Shown in pieces: positions 10,420 through 21,076 of a stretch of 64,000 bases of DNA. The translations under genes and the position numbers were made by a program. The DNA lies in NCBI GenBank assembly GCA_943356465.1, contig CALREX010000004.1, positions 112,448-176,447 on the forward strand. Reading direction: 5' to 3'. Source of the stretch: Candidatus Peribacteria bacterium. GTDB taxonomy: Bacteria; Patescibacteriota; Gracilibacteria; UBA1369; LOWO2-01-FULL-3. The stretch's first letter is position 1, and every line of letters begins with the position of its first letter. The notes below the pieces were generated by a model. That model searched no databases and was not told the DNA's origin. It worked only from the letters and a program-made list of their open reading frames with translations.

Positions 10420-12154
10420 GAGTTGTAAGTTCCAAGAATTCTTTAAGAGTCATAGCTTCCTGTTTTTTTGTAGCATAATCTCTGACTGTCAAATTTTTTG
10501 CCTCAACCTCTTTTTCACCGACTACAATCATATAAGGAACTTTGCTCATTTCCGCATTTCTGATTTTTTTGCCAAGAGTTTCATTTGAGTCATCAACTTC
10601 ACATCGAAGCCCAGCATCAAAAAACTTTTTGTTCACTTCGTTTGCATAGTCATTGAATTTTTCCGAAACCGGCAGAAGAACTACTTGCACAGGCGCAAGC
10701 CACGCAGGGAAAGCTCCAGCATAATGCTCTGTAAGTATCGCAATAAATCTTTCAAGAGAGCCAAGAAGTGCACGATGTACTACTACAGGAGTATGAGATT
10801 TTCCGTCACTTCCTTCAAATTCCAATTGAAATCTCAGAGGCATTTGGAAATCAACCTGCACAGTTGCACATTGCCATTCACGTTTCAAGGAATCCTTGAT
10901 TCTGAAATCAATTTTTGGTCCATAAAAAGCACCATCACCGGCATTTATAGTGAAAGGGATTTTTGCCTTATTCAAAGCCTTTTCCAAAGCTTTTTCCGCA
11001 CTTGCCCATTGTTCTTCTGTTCCCATGGATTTTTCAGGCCTCGTTGAAAGACAAACTTCATAAGTAAAATCAAAAATATCTTCATAAATATATTTCGCAA
11101 AATCTATACAATTCAAAATCTCTTCTTCAAGCTGTTCATGCGCAACAAATATATGAGAATCATCCATGCAGAATTTTCTTACTCTAGTCATTCCACCCAA
11201 AGCTCCACGCACCTCATTCCTGTGCAGCATCGCAAAATCCGCTATTCTAAGAGGTAAATCACGATAACTCTTCATGTCCATTTTATAAATCAACATATGA
11301 GAAGGACAGTTCATAGGCTTTAGCGAAGCCTCTTTATCATCCATATTTACCTGAAACATATTCTCTTTATAGTGCTCCCAATGCCCGCTTTGTTCCCATA
11401 AAGCCTTATCATAAACAAGCGGAGTCACAACTTCTTTATAATTTCTCTTTCTATACTCGCTTCTCAAAAATGTCAAAAGCTCATTGAAAATAATAGTTCC
11501 TTTTGGAAGGAAGAAAACAGACCCTGGAGAAATATCGTGGAACTGAAAAAGTCCAAGTGCAGTTCCAAGCCTTCTATGGTCACGCTTTTTGGCTTCCTCA
11601 AGCTGTTTTAAGTGTTCGTCCAATTCTTCTTTTGTATTCCATGCTGTTCCATAAATTCTCTGAAGCATCGGATTTTTCTCATCACCTTTCCAATAAGCTC
11701 CTGCAATTTTCATCAGTTTCACAGCCCCGATTTCACCTGTACGATCAAGATGATGCCCGCGACACAAATCCACGAACATCACTTTACCGTCATTAGGCAT
11801 CACATTTTCATAAAAAGAAATTGTCTCGCCTGTTTCCTTCAGTCCTTCGACAAGCTCAATCTTGTATTTTTGGCCTGTAGCCTGTAAAAATTCGATAGCT
11901 TTATCGGCAGGCTCCTCTCTTCTGACAAATTTTTGATCCTGCTTAATAATATTTTTCATATCTTTTTCAAGAATAACAAGATCTTCCGGAATCAGAGTTC
12001 TTGGCAAATCAAAATCATAATAAAAACCATTTTCAATAGTAGGTCCTATTGCAAGTTTGGCATCAGGAAACATTCGCAGTACAGCTTGAGCCAAAACATG
12101 CGCGCACGAATGTCTCATAGCCTCGATGTCGACTTTTTTCTCAATTTTAGACAT
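10403..12154 (-). CDS. thrS: Threonine--tRNA ligase (short form lacking the N-terminal TGS domain)
   Basis: MRHSCAHVLAQA, DLCRGHH, GAYWKGDE, RDHRRLG, KPMNCPSH, GAFYGPKID, HRALLGSLERF, anticodon-binding domain. Confidence 0.98.
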   Translation of the reverse strand: MSKIEKKVDIEAMRHSCAHVLAQAVLRMFPDAKLAIGPTIENGFYYDFDLPRTLIPEDLVILEKDMKNIIKQDQKFVRREEPADKAIEFLQATGQKYKIELVEGLKETGETISFYENVMPNDGKVMFVDLCRGHHLDRTGEIGAVKLMKIAGAYWKGDEKNPMLQRIYGTAWNTKEELDEHLKQLEEAKKRDHRRLGTALGLFQFHDISPGSVFFLPKGTIIFNELLTFLRSEYRKRNYKEVVTPLVYDKALWEQSGHWEHYKENMFQVNMDDKEASLKPMNCPSHMLIYKMDMKSYRDLPLRIADFAMLHRNEVRGALGGMTRVRKFCMDDSHIFVAHEQLEEEILNCIDFAKYIYEDIFDFTYEVCLSTRPEKSMGTEEQWASAEKALEKALNKAKIPFTINAGDGAFYGPKIDFRIKDSLKREWQCATVQVDFQMPLRFQLEFEGSDGKSHTPVVVHRALLGSLERFIAILTEHYAGAFPAWLAPVQVVLLPVSEKFNDYANEVNKKFFDAGLRCEVDDSNETLGKKIRNAEMSKVPYMIVVGEKEVEAKNLTVRDYATKKQEAMTLKEFLELTTLKKPY

Positions 12155-12195
12155 AATACAACGTGTTTAGAAATTAACGCTGGTGGAAATATAGA

Positions 12196-13302
12196 ATGAA
12201 AATCACAAAACTTCAATTTGAAAATTTCAGAAACTACGAAAACTATTCGTATGTTTTTCCGACAGACAAAAATTTGATAGTGCTTACAGGAGAAAACGGA
12301 AAAGGAAAAACAAATTTCTTGGAAGGCATTTATATGCTTTCTTTAGGCCGTTCTTTCAGAAACTCAAAACTCGAAAGTTTGGTAAAATGGTCGGCGGAAT
12401 ACCTTAGATGTACAGGTGAAATAGAAGATGACGAAAACGAAAATCATACACTTGAGGTTTTCTATTCATCATCGCCAAAAAGAAAAAATCTCAAAAAAAA
12501 CGATGTGAATTTGAAAAACAGCGATTACATCGGTACTTTCACGACAGTTCTTTTCCATCCGGAAGACCTGAATATGCTTTACCTAAGCCCTTCTTTGAGG
12601 CGAAAATACATGGATATAATCCTTTCTCAAAGTGATAAAAGATATCTTTATGCACTTATGCAATATAGAAAGCTAATCAAACAAAGAGGTTCACTGCTAA
12701 AAGAAATTCACGCAGTACAAAAAGGTAGGACAAGCGGTGACGAAAAATCTCTAATGTCCGCACTGGATGCGTGGGACAAGCAACTTTCTGAGTACGGCTC
12801 AGAAATAATAATAAAAAGACTAAAATTCATAGAATTTCTAAACGACAAAGCAACAGAAATTTACCGAGAAATCTCAAAAGGAGATGAAGCTGTGGAAGTG
12901 AAATATATGAGTCGTATAAAAGAAATAGACATGTACGAAAGCATGCTTTTAGATCGTAGATATCAGGATATAAGAGATGAAAAAACATCTATAGGACCGC
13001 ATGTAGATGACATAAAATTCTTGATAAACGGCATAGATTTAGTGGAATTTGCATCAAGGGGAGAGTTTAGAACGCTACTTTTAGCGGTAAAAATATCAGA
13101 GATCGAATACCTGCGACAAAAAACGAAAAAACACCCTGTGCTTCTTCTGGATGACGTATTTTCAGAGCTTGATTTTGGCAGACAAACACACCTTCTAAAC
13201 GCTATATCCGGTTGTCAGGCAATTATCACTACAACAGACGCGGAAAAACTGGAGAAACTAGCCAAAAATAAGGCGGATATTGAGTTTGTAGAAATGGCTT
13301 AG
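12196..13302 (+). CDS. recF: DNA replication and repair protein RecF
   Basis: NFRNY, Walker A GENGKGKTNFLE, GPHVDD, ASRGEFR, LLLDDVFSELD. Confidence 0.96.
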   Translation: MKITKLQFENFRNYENYSYVFPTDKNLIVLTGENGKGKTNFLEGIYMLSLGRSFRNSKLESLVKWSAEYLRCTGEIEDDENENHTLEVFYSSSPKRKNLKKNDVNLKNSDYIGTFTTVLFHPEDLNMLYLSPSLRRKYMDIILSQSDKRYLYALMQYRKLIKQRGSLLKEIHAVQKGRTSGDEKSLMSALDAWDKQLSEYGSEIIIKRLKFIEFLNDKATEIYREISKGDEAVEVKYMSRIKEIDMYESMLLDRRYQDIRDEKTSIGPHVDDIKFLINGIDLVEFASRGEFRTLLLAVKISEIEYLRQKTKKHPVLLLDDVFSELDFGRQTHLLNAISGCQAIITTTDAEKLEKLAKNKADIEFVEMA

Positions 13303-13339
13303 ATATGCTATAATATACAGATCAAATAAAAACAAAAAT

Positions 13340-14200
13340 TTGTCTTCAAACTCACTGCAAATCATAGGATCAGTTCTTCTGGCTCTTGTACCGGCCATTT
13401 TATGGGGATTTATATTCTTCAGGAAATCGCCTGAAAGAAAATCTTTGACGTTTATAACGTTTTTCGCCGGAGCTTTGGCAGTTTTTCCAATATTGATTTA
13501 CAAGTTTTTATGGCAATTTTTCCCATGGCTGAATGCATTCAAATTTGCAGAAGCCTACAGGCAAGACTTCATAGGCTTTTCAAATCTTATAATCCTGCCT
13601 TTAAGCGCAATCATCACTTTCATGATAGTTGGTGTGATAGAAGAAATTATGAAATTTGTATCAGTCAAAATCGTAGATGACAATGAATTTACAGACATAG
13701 ATGACAGTGTTGAATTTTTTATCATCGCCGCACTTGGATTTTCATTCGTTGAAAACATACTTTATTTTTATAGTATCTGGCTTAATCAAGGACTTAATCA
13801 CTTGCTTATGCCATTTTTATTCAGATCTTCATTTTCCACTCTCGCACATCTGATCTTCTCAGGAATTTTGGGTTACTACTACGGAATAGCTCACTTCGCG
13901 ACACCTATTCTTCAGGAAGAAATAAAAGAAAACAGATCACATTGGACAAAGTGGTTGCATAACCTACTAAGCATACGTAAAGAAAAATTATTTTATGAAG
14001 AACACATCTTCGAAGGACTTCTGATTTCAATAGGGCTTCACGCCATTTTCAACATCTTCCTGGAAATGAATCTGACATTCCTCATAGTCCCATTTTTACT
14101 TGGCGGCTACATCACGCTAAACTATCTCTTCAAGAAAAAAGAAAACCACAAAAAATACGGCAAACTTATTGAGAACGAAAGAAATGCCCCAAAAGCTTGA
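13340..14200 (+). CDS. PrsW-family intramembrane glutamic protease
   Basis: Multi-TM protein with [25 protein letters not shown] and LHAIFN motifs. TTG start, with TGcTATAAT just upstream. Confidence 0.88.
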   Translation: MSSNSLQIIGSVLLALVPAILWGFIFFRKSPERKSLTFITFFAGALAVFPILIYKFLWQFFPWLNAFKFAEAYRQDFIGFSNLIILPLSAIITFMIVGVIEEIMKFVSVKIVDDNEFTDIDDSVEFFIIAALGFSFVENILYFYSIWLNQGLNHLLMPFLFRSSFSTLAHLIFSGILGYYYGIAHFATPILQEEIKENRSHWTKWLHNLLSIRKEKLFYEEHIFEGLLISIGLHAIFNIFLEMNLTFLIVPFLLGGYITLNYLFKKKENHKKYGKLIENERNAPKA

Positions 14201-14225
14201 ACATTCCAAAAAAGCGTGTTAGAAT
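14197..14225 (+). promoter_or_regulatory. Sigma70-type promoter for uvrA
   Basis: TTGAAC(14197-14202)-17 bp-TAGAAT(14220-14225) with an extended -10 TG. Confidence 0.6.
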
Positions 14226-14253
14226 TCTCGCTTGTGTAAATCAAAATAATTTC

Positions 14254-17166
14254 ATGCAGCGAGATAAGATCATAGTTAAGGGTGCAAAATTGCACAATTT
14301 AAAGAATATTGATGTGGAAATTCCACGCGATAAATTCACTGTGATCACAGGGCTTTCAGGCTCAGGTAAGTCATCTTTGGCGTTCGATACAATCTATGCT
14401 GAAGGACAAAGAAGATACGTGGAAAGTCTTTCAACATATGCCAGAAATTTCTTGCAATTGATGGAAAAACCGGATGTCGAATCTATAGAAGGACTTTCTC
14501 CTGCAATTTCAATCGATCAAAAAAGTGCACCAAGAAATCCAAGGTCAACTGTAGGGACAGTGACAGAAATTTATGATTTTTTAAGACTTCTTTTCGCAAA
14601 AATAGGAACACCACACTGTCCGATTTGCGGAAAGCCGATCGAAAGACAAACTCCTCAGCAAATTATGGAGGAAGTTATTTCAATGCCTGAAGATACAAAA
14701 ATACTCATACTTGCCCCGGTTATTCGGGACAGAAAAGGTCAACATACAAAAGCCCTTGATAAAGCCAAAAAAGAAGGATTTGTGAGAGTAAGAATTGATG
14801 GAGAAGTTTATTCTATTTTGGAAGTTCCAGAAATGGATGAGAACAAAAAACATAATATTGAAATAGTTGTAGATAGGCTTGTTGTCAAAGACATGAAGAA
14901 AAAAGTACAAAAACTTTCATCAGGGCAGGAGATAGATATGCCAAATCCAAATAGAACACGTTTATCTGACTCAATAGAAACAGCACTAAAAAATGGGGAA
15001 GGGCTTGTAATAGTGCTAAATAACGATACAGGAGAAGAAAAAGTGTATTCAGAACACTTTGCGTGTCCGACTTGTCACATAAATGTTCCTGAAATATCTC
15101 CAAGAAGCTTTTCGTTTAACAGCCCGCACGGAGCATGTGAAGAATGTCACGGACTTGGAACAAAGCTTGAAATAGATCCACAACTTCTTATTCCAAACAG
15201 AAAACTGACATTGGCGGAAGGAGCGATAATGCCTTGGTCTGCAACAACTTCACATTTGACATGGTACAACAAAATTCTTGAAAAAGTGGCTAAGGCAAAC
15301 GGATTTTCTATGAACAGCCCAATCGAGGAATTATCAAAAAAGGCAATGGAAATAGTCTTATACGGAGACAAAGATAAAAAATATACGGTAACTATAGGTC
15401 ATGTAGACGACGAAGATGAAGAGGAGGGGCATACATCAGGCAAATTCAAAGGAGAATATGAAACATCATTCGAAGGAGTTATTCCAAGCCTGGAGAGAAG
15501 ATTTATGGAAACAGAGTCTGAATACGTTAGGAAAAAAATAGAAGAATACATGAGAGTACTTCAGTGTCCTTCATGTAAAGGAAAAAGATTAAAACCTGAA
15601 ATACTTGCTGTGAAAATAAATGAATCTTCAATCATAGATATCACAGAATTTTCTGTAAAAAAAGCCATAAATTTCTTTGGTACACTATCTTTGAGTTCCA
15701 TGAAACAAGAAATAGCGAGACAGATTTTTCAGGAAATAAACAACAGACTTTATTTTTTGGAAAACGTTGGTTTGGCATACCTTACATTGGATAGAGCAGC
15801 AAATACGCTTTCAGGAGGTGAAGCGCAGAGAATACGACTTGCTACACAGATAGGATCGAAGCTCTCAGGCGTTATCTATGTACTTGATGAACCGAGTATC
15901 GGTTTACATCAAAACGACAACGATAAGCTCATAAAAACACTCATCTCGCTTAAAGAATTGGGAAACACAGTAATTGTCGTGGAACATGACATAGATACAA
16001 TGTTAGCGTCGGATTATATCCTTGATATAGGTCCAGGAGCTGGAAAACACGGAGGAAATGTAGTGGCACAGGGAACTCCTGAGGAAATAATGAAAAATCC
16101 AAATTCTCTTACAGGTAAATATCTCTCAGGAAAGGCAAAAATAGATATTCCTACTTCAAGAAGAAAAGGAAATGGAAAATCATTGGTATTGGTTGGAGCG
16201 ACAGAACATAATCTAAAAAACGTAACTGCAAAATTTCCACTTGGAACATTTATAGGGGTTACAGGTGTTTCCGGATCAGGAAAATCCACCCTCATAAATG
16301 ATATTCTTGTTCGTGCAGTCGCAAAAAGTCTATATGGATCAAAGGCGATGCCTGGAGCACATAAGGAAGTAAAAGGTCTGGAGCACTTGGACAAAATAAT
16401 AAACATAGATCAATCCCCGATAGGGCGTACGCCAAGATCAAATCCAGCAACTTATACAGGAGTCTTCACCGATATAAGAGACTTATTTGCACAAACACCG
16501 GAAGCAAAGCTTAGAGGATACAAATCAGGTCGTTTTAGCTTCAATGTTAAAGGTGGAAGATGCGAAGCATGTAGTGGAGATGGCATAAAGAGAATAGAAA
16601 TGCATTTTTTGCCGGATGTTTATGTGCCATGCGAGACATGTAAGGGGAAGAGATACAATGAAGAAGCTCTCGAAGTAAGATACAGAGGGAAAAACATATA
16701 TGAAGTGCTTGAAATGACTGCAGAAGAAGCACTGGAATTTTTCAATGCAATTCCATCTATAAAATCGAAGCTAAAAACACTATGCGAGGTTGGATTAAGC
16801 TATATTCACCTTGGCCAATCAGCCACAACGTTATCTGGAGGTGAAGCTCAGCGTATAAAATTAGCAACAGAGCTTTCAAAGCGCTCAACAGGGAAAACAA
16901 TCTATATACTTGATGAACCTACAACCGGTTTACATTTTGATGACGTAAGAAAGCTTCTAAATGTACTACAAAAGCTTGTGGAGAAAGAAAACACAGTTAT
17001 AGTAATAGAGCACAACCTGGATGTGATAAAATCAGTGGATTACATCATAGATATGGGGCCGGATGGAGGTGAAAATGGTGGAGAAATAGTTGCAGATGGT
17101 ACTCCTGAAGAAATTATAAAAGCAAAAAACTCCTACACAGGTATGTGGTTAAAGAAAATTATGTAG
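14254..17166 (+). CDS. uvrA: Excinuclease ABC subunit A
   Basis: [32 protein letters not shown], two ABC cassettes (LSGGEAQRI), Zn fingers. Start moved to ATG 14254 (MQRDKII), downstream of the promoter. Confidence 0.98.
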   Translation: MQRDKIIVKGAKLHNLKNIDVEIPRDKFTVITGLSGSGKSSLAFDTIYAEGQRRYVESLSTYARNFLQLMEKPDVESIEGLSPAISIDQKSAPRNPRSTVGTVTEIYDFLRLLFAKIGTPHCPICGKPIERQTPQQIMEEVISMPEDTKILILAPVIRDRKGQHTKALDKAKKEGFVRVRIDGEVYSILEVPEMDENKKHNIEIVVDRLVVKDMKKKVQKLSSGQEIDMPNPNRTRLSDSIETALKNGEGLVIVLNNDTGEEKVYSEHFACPTCHINVPEISPRSFSFNSPHGACEECHGLGTKLEIDPQLLIPNRKLTLAEGAIMPWSATTSHLTWYNKILEKVAKANGFSMNSPIEELSKKAMEIVLYGDKDKKYTVTIGHVDDEDEEEGHTSGKFKGEYETSFEGVIPSLERRFMETESEYVRKKIEEYMRVLQCPSCKGKRLKPEILAVKINESSIIDITEFSVKKAINFFGTLSLSSMKQEIARQIFQEINNRLYFLENVGLAYLTLDRAANTLSGGEAQRIRLATQIGSKLSGVIYVLDEPSIGLHQNDNDKLIKTLISLKELGNTVIVVEHDIDTMLASDYILDIGPGAGKHGGNVVAQGTPEEIMKNPNSLTGKYLSGKAKIDIPTSRRKGNGKSLVLVGATEHNLKNVTAKFPLGTFIGVTGVSGSGKSTLINDILVRAVAKSLYGSKAMPGAHKEVKGLEHLDKIINIDQSPIGRTPRSNPATYTGVFTDIRDLFAQTPEAKLRGYKSGRFSFNVKGGRCEACSGDGIKRIEMHFLPDVYVPCETCKGKRYNEEALEVRYRGKNIYEVLEMTAEEALEFFNAIPSIKSKLKTLCEVGLSYIHLGQSATTLSGGEAQRIKLATELSKRSTGKTIYILDEPTTGLHFDDVRKLLNVLQKLVEKENTVIVIEHNLDVIKSVDYIIDMGPDGGENGGEIVADGTPEEIIKAKNSYTGMWLKKIM

Positions 17167-17188
17167 TATTTTTTAAATTTGGAAATAG

Positions 17189-17228
17189 TTTAATAAACTT
17201 TAATAGAATTTAATTAAATTTATTAAAA
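17189..17228. repeat. Four degenerate 10-bp direct repeats (TTTAATAAAC-like), array 1
   Basis: tttaataaac tttaatagaa tttaattaaa tttattaaaa. Confidence 0.7.
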
Positions 17229-17406
17229 TTGACTAATCTTCGTTGAGTTAAGCTGTCTTTTTTGGTTATAATAAAATGGATGTATGTAAATAGAATTGGG
17301 TAAAATTTAATCAAATTAAGGAAAATTAAAAAAAGTATTGAAAAATTAAAAGTAGTATGTTAAATTTGGGTCGCCCTAGAAAAGTTGCTTAAAAACAAGG
17401 AGGATA

Positions 17407-17435
17407 TTGTAAAGTCTGGTAGGAAATGATATAAT
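17407..17435 (+). promoter_or_regulatory. Sigma70-type promoter of the HTH gene
   Basis: TTGTAA(17407-17412)-17 bp-TATAAT(17430-17435) with an extended TGn. Confidence 0.75.
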
Positions 17436-17474
17436 TTAATAAACTTTAATAAAATTTAATAAAGTTCATTAAAT
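17435..17474. repeat. Four 10-bp direct repeats (TTTAATAAAN) over the predicted transcription start, array 2
   Basis: tttaataaac tttaataaaa tttaataaag ttcattaaat, immediately upstream of ATG 17483. Confidence 0.8.
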
Positions 17475-17482
17475 TAACAACA

Positions 17483-17737
17483 ATGGAAGAGAAATTTCTT
17501 ACAACAGATCAGGTAGCACAAATCCTCCAAGTACATCCCTTCACAATATTAAAATTCCTGAAGGAAGGAAAACTGAATGGAATGAAATTGGGAAGAGTAT
17601 ATAGAATCAAGCAAAGCGATGTGGAAGCATTTATTGAAGAAAGGATGACAAATAAGCCAAGAAAAGAGAAAAAAGAAATTATTAGAGAAGATATGGGGAT
17701 TCAAGAGACGAAGGATGGGCACTATTTCATAATCTAA
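17483..17737 (+). CDS. Excisionase-like (HTH_17, BldC/Xis-type) DNA-binding protein
   Basis: FLTTDQVAQILQVHPFTILKFLKEGKLNGMKLGRVYRIKQSDVEAFI is the typical excisionase-family winged HTH. Confidence 0.9.
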   Translation: MEEKFLTTDQVAQILQVHPFTILKFLKEGKLNGMKLGRVYRIKQSDVEAFIEERMTNKPRKEKKEIIREDMGIQETKDGHYFII

Positions 17738-17748
17738 AGCCTTATAAA

Positions 17749-17922
17749 ATGATCATAAACTGTTTATCTTGTGGGAAATCAATATCAAGCCATGCAACAG
17801 CATGCCAATATTGTTCCTGCGATATTACAGAAGTGACACTACAAATGAATGGAATAAGAGAAACGGAAGGAATGAAGGACAAAGTGATGAATTTGATGTT
17901 TGGATTTGGAACTAACAAATAA
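17749..17922 (+). CDS. Small zinc-ribbon protein (57 aa), absent from the ORF track
   Basis: Manual translation: MIINCLSCGKSISSHATACQYCSCDITEVTLQMNGIRETEGMKDKVMNLMFGFGTNK*. CxxC-x10-CxxC. Starts 11 bp after the HTH stop. Confidence 0.8.
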   Translation: MIINCLSCGKSISSHATACQYCSCDITEVTLQMNGIRETEGMKDKVMNLMFGFGTNK

Positions 17923-17996
17923 AATTATAGTTATCTAAAAATCTTCAATACCCTTTAGTTCGTTGCCCGCGAACTAAACAAAACCTAGAAAAGCCC

Positions 17997-18030
17997 CAAA
18001 AACCCTTTAGAATATAGAGGGTTTTTGTTT
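17997..18030. terminator. Likely bidirectional intrinsic terminator
   Basis: caaaaaccct…agggtttttg stem flanked by A/T runs, between convergent genes. A second hairpin tttagttcg-ttgcccg-cgaactaaa lies at 17954-17978. Confidence 0.7.
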
Positions 18031-18042
18031 ATAAGTTCATCT

Positions 18043-19194
18043 TTATTCATTTGCAGGACATTGCTTGCTGTTTACCAATTTTGTGCAGCCAAGAAGGTTT
18101 TCTAGTGGGGCAAGAGTCTCTATAAGAGTTTTATTTAGATTAGAAAGACTTTGTACAAATATGCCTACGCTGCTATCGCTAACTTCCTTATATTTTACAT
18201 AAAAATTTGAAGACATCTCTTCTCGTAGTTGAACACTGTCATAAGCTTTATCGGTCTGTTCTATAGCATTTGTAGCTTGTTCAGGAGTTACACCGCCACC
18301 GCCTTTTGGTGCGGATTTAGCAAGCCTATCTATTATTCTTGTAGCACCTTCTTTTGGAGGTAGATTGTTTATATTCAGAGCAACAATTCCGGAAAGATAT
18401 TGAGATAAACTTTGATTTGTAGCAGATTCTACTATTTTTTCAGCACCTTGACCGGCAGTTTTTTCTGCAGTTTTTGCGGCAGGAGCAACACCAAATAACG
18501 TGCTTATAAATTCATCCCATTTTTTTGAAACAGCTTCCCATGATGAATTTTCACATATTATATAAGATTTTTTTCTAGTCTGATATTTAGTCTCAAATTT
18601 TGCGAACATAACATCAAAATCTTTATCGGACATTAAATCATTTGCGGTATATTTTTCTTTCATTTCGGAATAAAGCTTTTCCTTAGGATAAAACAATTCT
18701 TCGGGATTTTGGGCCATCCTTGTGCTCAAAATGTCATAAGGCAAATTTATAGCGACTTCTTTGTTTACAATATTTCTAACATAATAAAGCTCTGCTCCAA
18801 GCTCATTATAGCCTTTTTTTAAACTTGGAAGTTTCGAAGTATTACATGTAAGAAAAGCATCACGTATATAAGTTCTCATCTTATCTCTTTGGCTTATCAT
18901 TCCTGCAATATCAGAGGCCTGGCATTTGTTTCTATATAAAACATCATTCCACATTTCTACTATCCCACCAGCAATTCCATCGGCAAAAATTGAAGCTCTC
19001 AGAAAAGCTGTAAAATCCAAATTGCCTTTCGCTAAACATTTTGCAGGACCCAAATTTCCTCCTTCAGTGGGCTGTAGATCCTTTTTATCCTCTGCGTATA
19101 CATAACTGCCACTACATAGCATGTTAAGCATAAGAACGCATAATACTGCGAAATTCCTTATTGTATGTCCGGCTTTTGTCCCCATTCTTGGCAT
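18043..19194 (-). CDS. Secreted Cys-containing hypothetical protein (start uncertain)
   Basis: Signal-like FAVLCVLMLNMLCSGSYVYA|E. Helical, with several Cys including C-terminal GC…KQC. Last gene of the giant-protein operon. Confidence 0.75.
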   Translation of the reverse strand: MPRMGTKAGHTIRNFAVLCVLMLNMLCSGSYVYAEDKKDLQPTEGGNLGPAKCLAKGNLDFTAFLRASIFADGIAGGIVEMWNDVLYRNKCQASDIAGMISQRDKMRTYIRDAFLTCNTSKLPSLKKGYNELGAELYYVRNIVNKEVAINLPYDILSTRMAQNPEELFYPKEKLYSEMKEKYTANDLMSDKDFDVMFAKFETKYQTRKKSYIICENSSWEAVSKKWDEFISTLFGVAPAAKTAEKTAGQGAEKIVESATNQSLSQYLSGIVALNINNLPPKEGATRIIDRLAKSAPKGGGGVTPEQATNAIEQTDKAYDSVQLREEMSSNFYVKYKEVSDSSVGIFVQSLSNLNKTLIETLAPLENLLGCTKLVNSKQCPANE

Positions 19195-21074
19195 ACGTTA
19201 TTGGTTTTTTCTAATAAATCTTTATAATTTGCGAATGTTTGACTCATGAAATTCAATTCTTTTATAAGTGTTTGTGCATAAAGTGCTGTATTCGTAGCCG
19301 GTTCAGAAGTTTCTATATTGCTAAGTTCTTTTTTCGCCGCTGCAGTAGATATCGCCAATTCTTTTTGTACATCACTGAAAATCTTATCCTGTGTGCTGGC
19401 GGCGGGAGCATTTTCTATCTGAAATTTTGTAACACTATCTACTTTTAAAGAACTGAACAAAAGAGGTTGATACCTGTCTATAAATTTTTTCCAACTTTCA
19501 AAAATATTTTTTCCCAAGATTATGTCACCGCCTGAAGGCGTTGGAATAGGGGCTTTTATAACTACAAATTTCATATCAAAAAGAGATCCCATGGCATTTT
19601 TACATTTTGCACTTTCAAGCATATTTCCTGTGGATTTATTTGGAATGAGAGAATGATCCAAAGTTTTCTTCAATATATCATTTATTTTTTTGACTTCACA
19701 AAGTACACAACTCTTACCTGGATAGTAGGTGGACAAAGTCTTTTTGATTAGCTTTATAGTGACACAAACAGATGCTTTAGCGGAAAAAGCTTTTGATGCA
19801 AATCCTACTCCTGCACCTGTCAAAGTGCTTGAAGAGTTATTTAGCAGGGAATTACCGACATCTCCAAGACTTGTAAATCCTGCATCTCCAAAAGTAGTGC
19901 CAAGACCTCCATAAGAGTCACCACCATCTGCAACATTCGGATCTTCCGGACACCAAGCATCAGCCCATTTATCTTTTGGAGCGGGTGATAGCGTTTCTTG
20001 CGTAGTATTTTGTGTAGGAACATTTAGATCTTTTGACTTCTCTCCAGGCGTACCTGCACCTTCGTTTCCATCACCTAACGATTTATCTTCACTTCCAGAT
20101 GGATTACCATTTGCATTGCCTGAGTCGACAGGATTCCCGGATGCCTGATCGGGAGCCTTGTTTGAAACTTCTTTTTCAAAATCATCCAAAGCGGAAGAAA
20201 TGTCATCTTTAACAGCACATAAATCTTTTTTTAGAACATCAACAGTTATCTTTTTATCACCAATAGGCGTAGTCGCAGTACCTGCTACTCCGACTGAGTC
20301 AGTCTTCTGTCCATCTGTGCCTCCACCTCCGGCATTTCCAATACCTCCTGTTCCACCATTCCCAGTTGAACCTCCACTACCATTAGCATTTTTATCCTTA
20401 AGATCTATTTTATAACCGGAAACAAAATCAGGGCCACCGGAAACATAATTTTCATTTTTATAATCATCTGCAGTAGGCAAATAAGGAGATTTCAAACCAT
20501 CAACATAAGGCTTACCTATAGTGTTTTGCACAACATCAATAAACAAAACTTCTTCAATTTTAGAAAGATCATAAATCAAATCAAATCCTGAATCGGAAAG
20601 ATCATTATTTGAAAAAATTTCACTTGGACGAATCGAAGCATCAACTTCTTGTTGCAGGTCATAAGATTCTTTCAAAATATCATAAGATTCTTTTACATTT
20701 TGCATTACAGCAAGAGCTCTCTCCTGAGTCATGCTTGGAGATTTATTGTAAGAGGTGTTAAGAATAGGCAGGATACTACCACCAACAACACTCTTGGCCT
20801 CCATTGTCGTAAGACCGTATTTTTTTGCTACATCCGTCAAAGCATTTTTTCCCGGAACTACAAAACGTTTTACATAAATCAAATTATACAAATCCTTTCC
20901 TTTTGATGAAGGTCCAAAAACATCTTTCCAGTCAAAGAAATTTCCAAAAGCTGTAATCTCATTCCACCAATTCAGTTCACCATAGGCAATATTTACCTGA
21001 TAAATCTTTAGACCTATCATTGAGATTATTAGTCCGGAAGCAATTCCTATAATGATTGGTAATATTTTTTTCAT
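19158..21074 (-). CDS. Secreted or membrane-anchored hypothetical protein with a Gly/Asn-rich linker and a Cys-rich C-terminal domain
   Basis: 638 aa. N-terminal hydrophobic helix, NGSGGSTGNGGTGGIGNAGGGG linker, SCVLCEV and other Cys. 2-bp gap from the upstream gene. Confidence 0.8.
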   Translation of the reverse strand: MKKILPIIIGIASGLIISMIGLKIYQVNIAYGELNWWNEITAFGNFFDWKDVFGPSSKGKDLYNLIYVKRFVVPGKNALTDVAKKYGLTTMEAKSVVGGSILPILNTSYNKSPSMTQERALAVMQNVKESYDILKESYDLQQEVDASIRPSEIFSNNDLSDSGFDLIYDLSKIEEVLFIDVVQNTIGKPYVDGLKSPYLPTADDYKNENYVSGGPDFVSGYKIDLKDKNANGSGGSTGNGGTGGIGNAGGGGTDGQKTDSVGVAGTATTPIGDKKITVDVLKKDLCAVKDDISSALDDFEKEVSNKAPDQASGNPVDSGNANGNPSGSEDKSLGDGNEGAGTPGEKSKDLNVPTQNTTQETLSPAPKDKWADAWCPEDPNVADGGDSYGGLGTTFGDAGFTSLGDVGNSLLNNSSSTLTGAGVGFASKAFSAKASVCVTIKLIKKTLSTYYPGKSCVLCEVKKINDILKKTLDHSLIPNKSTGNMLESAKCKNAMGSLFDMKFVVIKAPIPTPSGGDIILGKNIFESWKKFIDRYQPLLFSSLKVDSVTKFQIENAPAASTQDKIFSDVQKELAISTAAAKKELSNIETSEPATNTALYAQTLIKELNFMSQTFANYKDLLEKTNNVCQEWGQKPDIQ

Positions 21075-21076
21075 GT

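Noticed and set aside
14197..14253. LexA/SOS box upstream of uvrA
   Set aside because: No GAAC-N4-GTTC or CTGT-N8-ACAG palindrome seen.
17167..17482. Replication origin (AT-rich, repeats, recF within 5 kb)
   Set aside because: I found no DnaA boxes (TTATCCACA-like) and no dnaA/dnaN; the repeats are better explained as HTH operator sites.
17483..17737. Prophage or ICE excisionase marking a mobile element
   Set aside because: No integrase, att-like tRNA, phage or conjugation genes nearby; treated as a chromosomal regulator.
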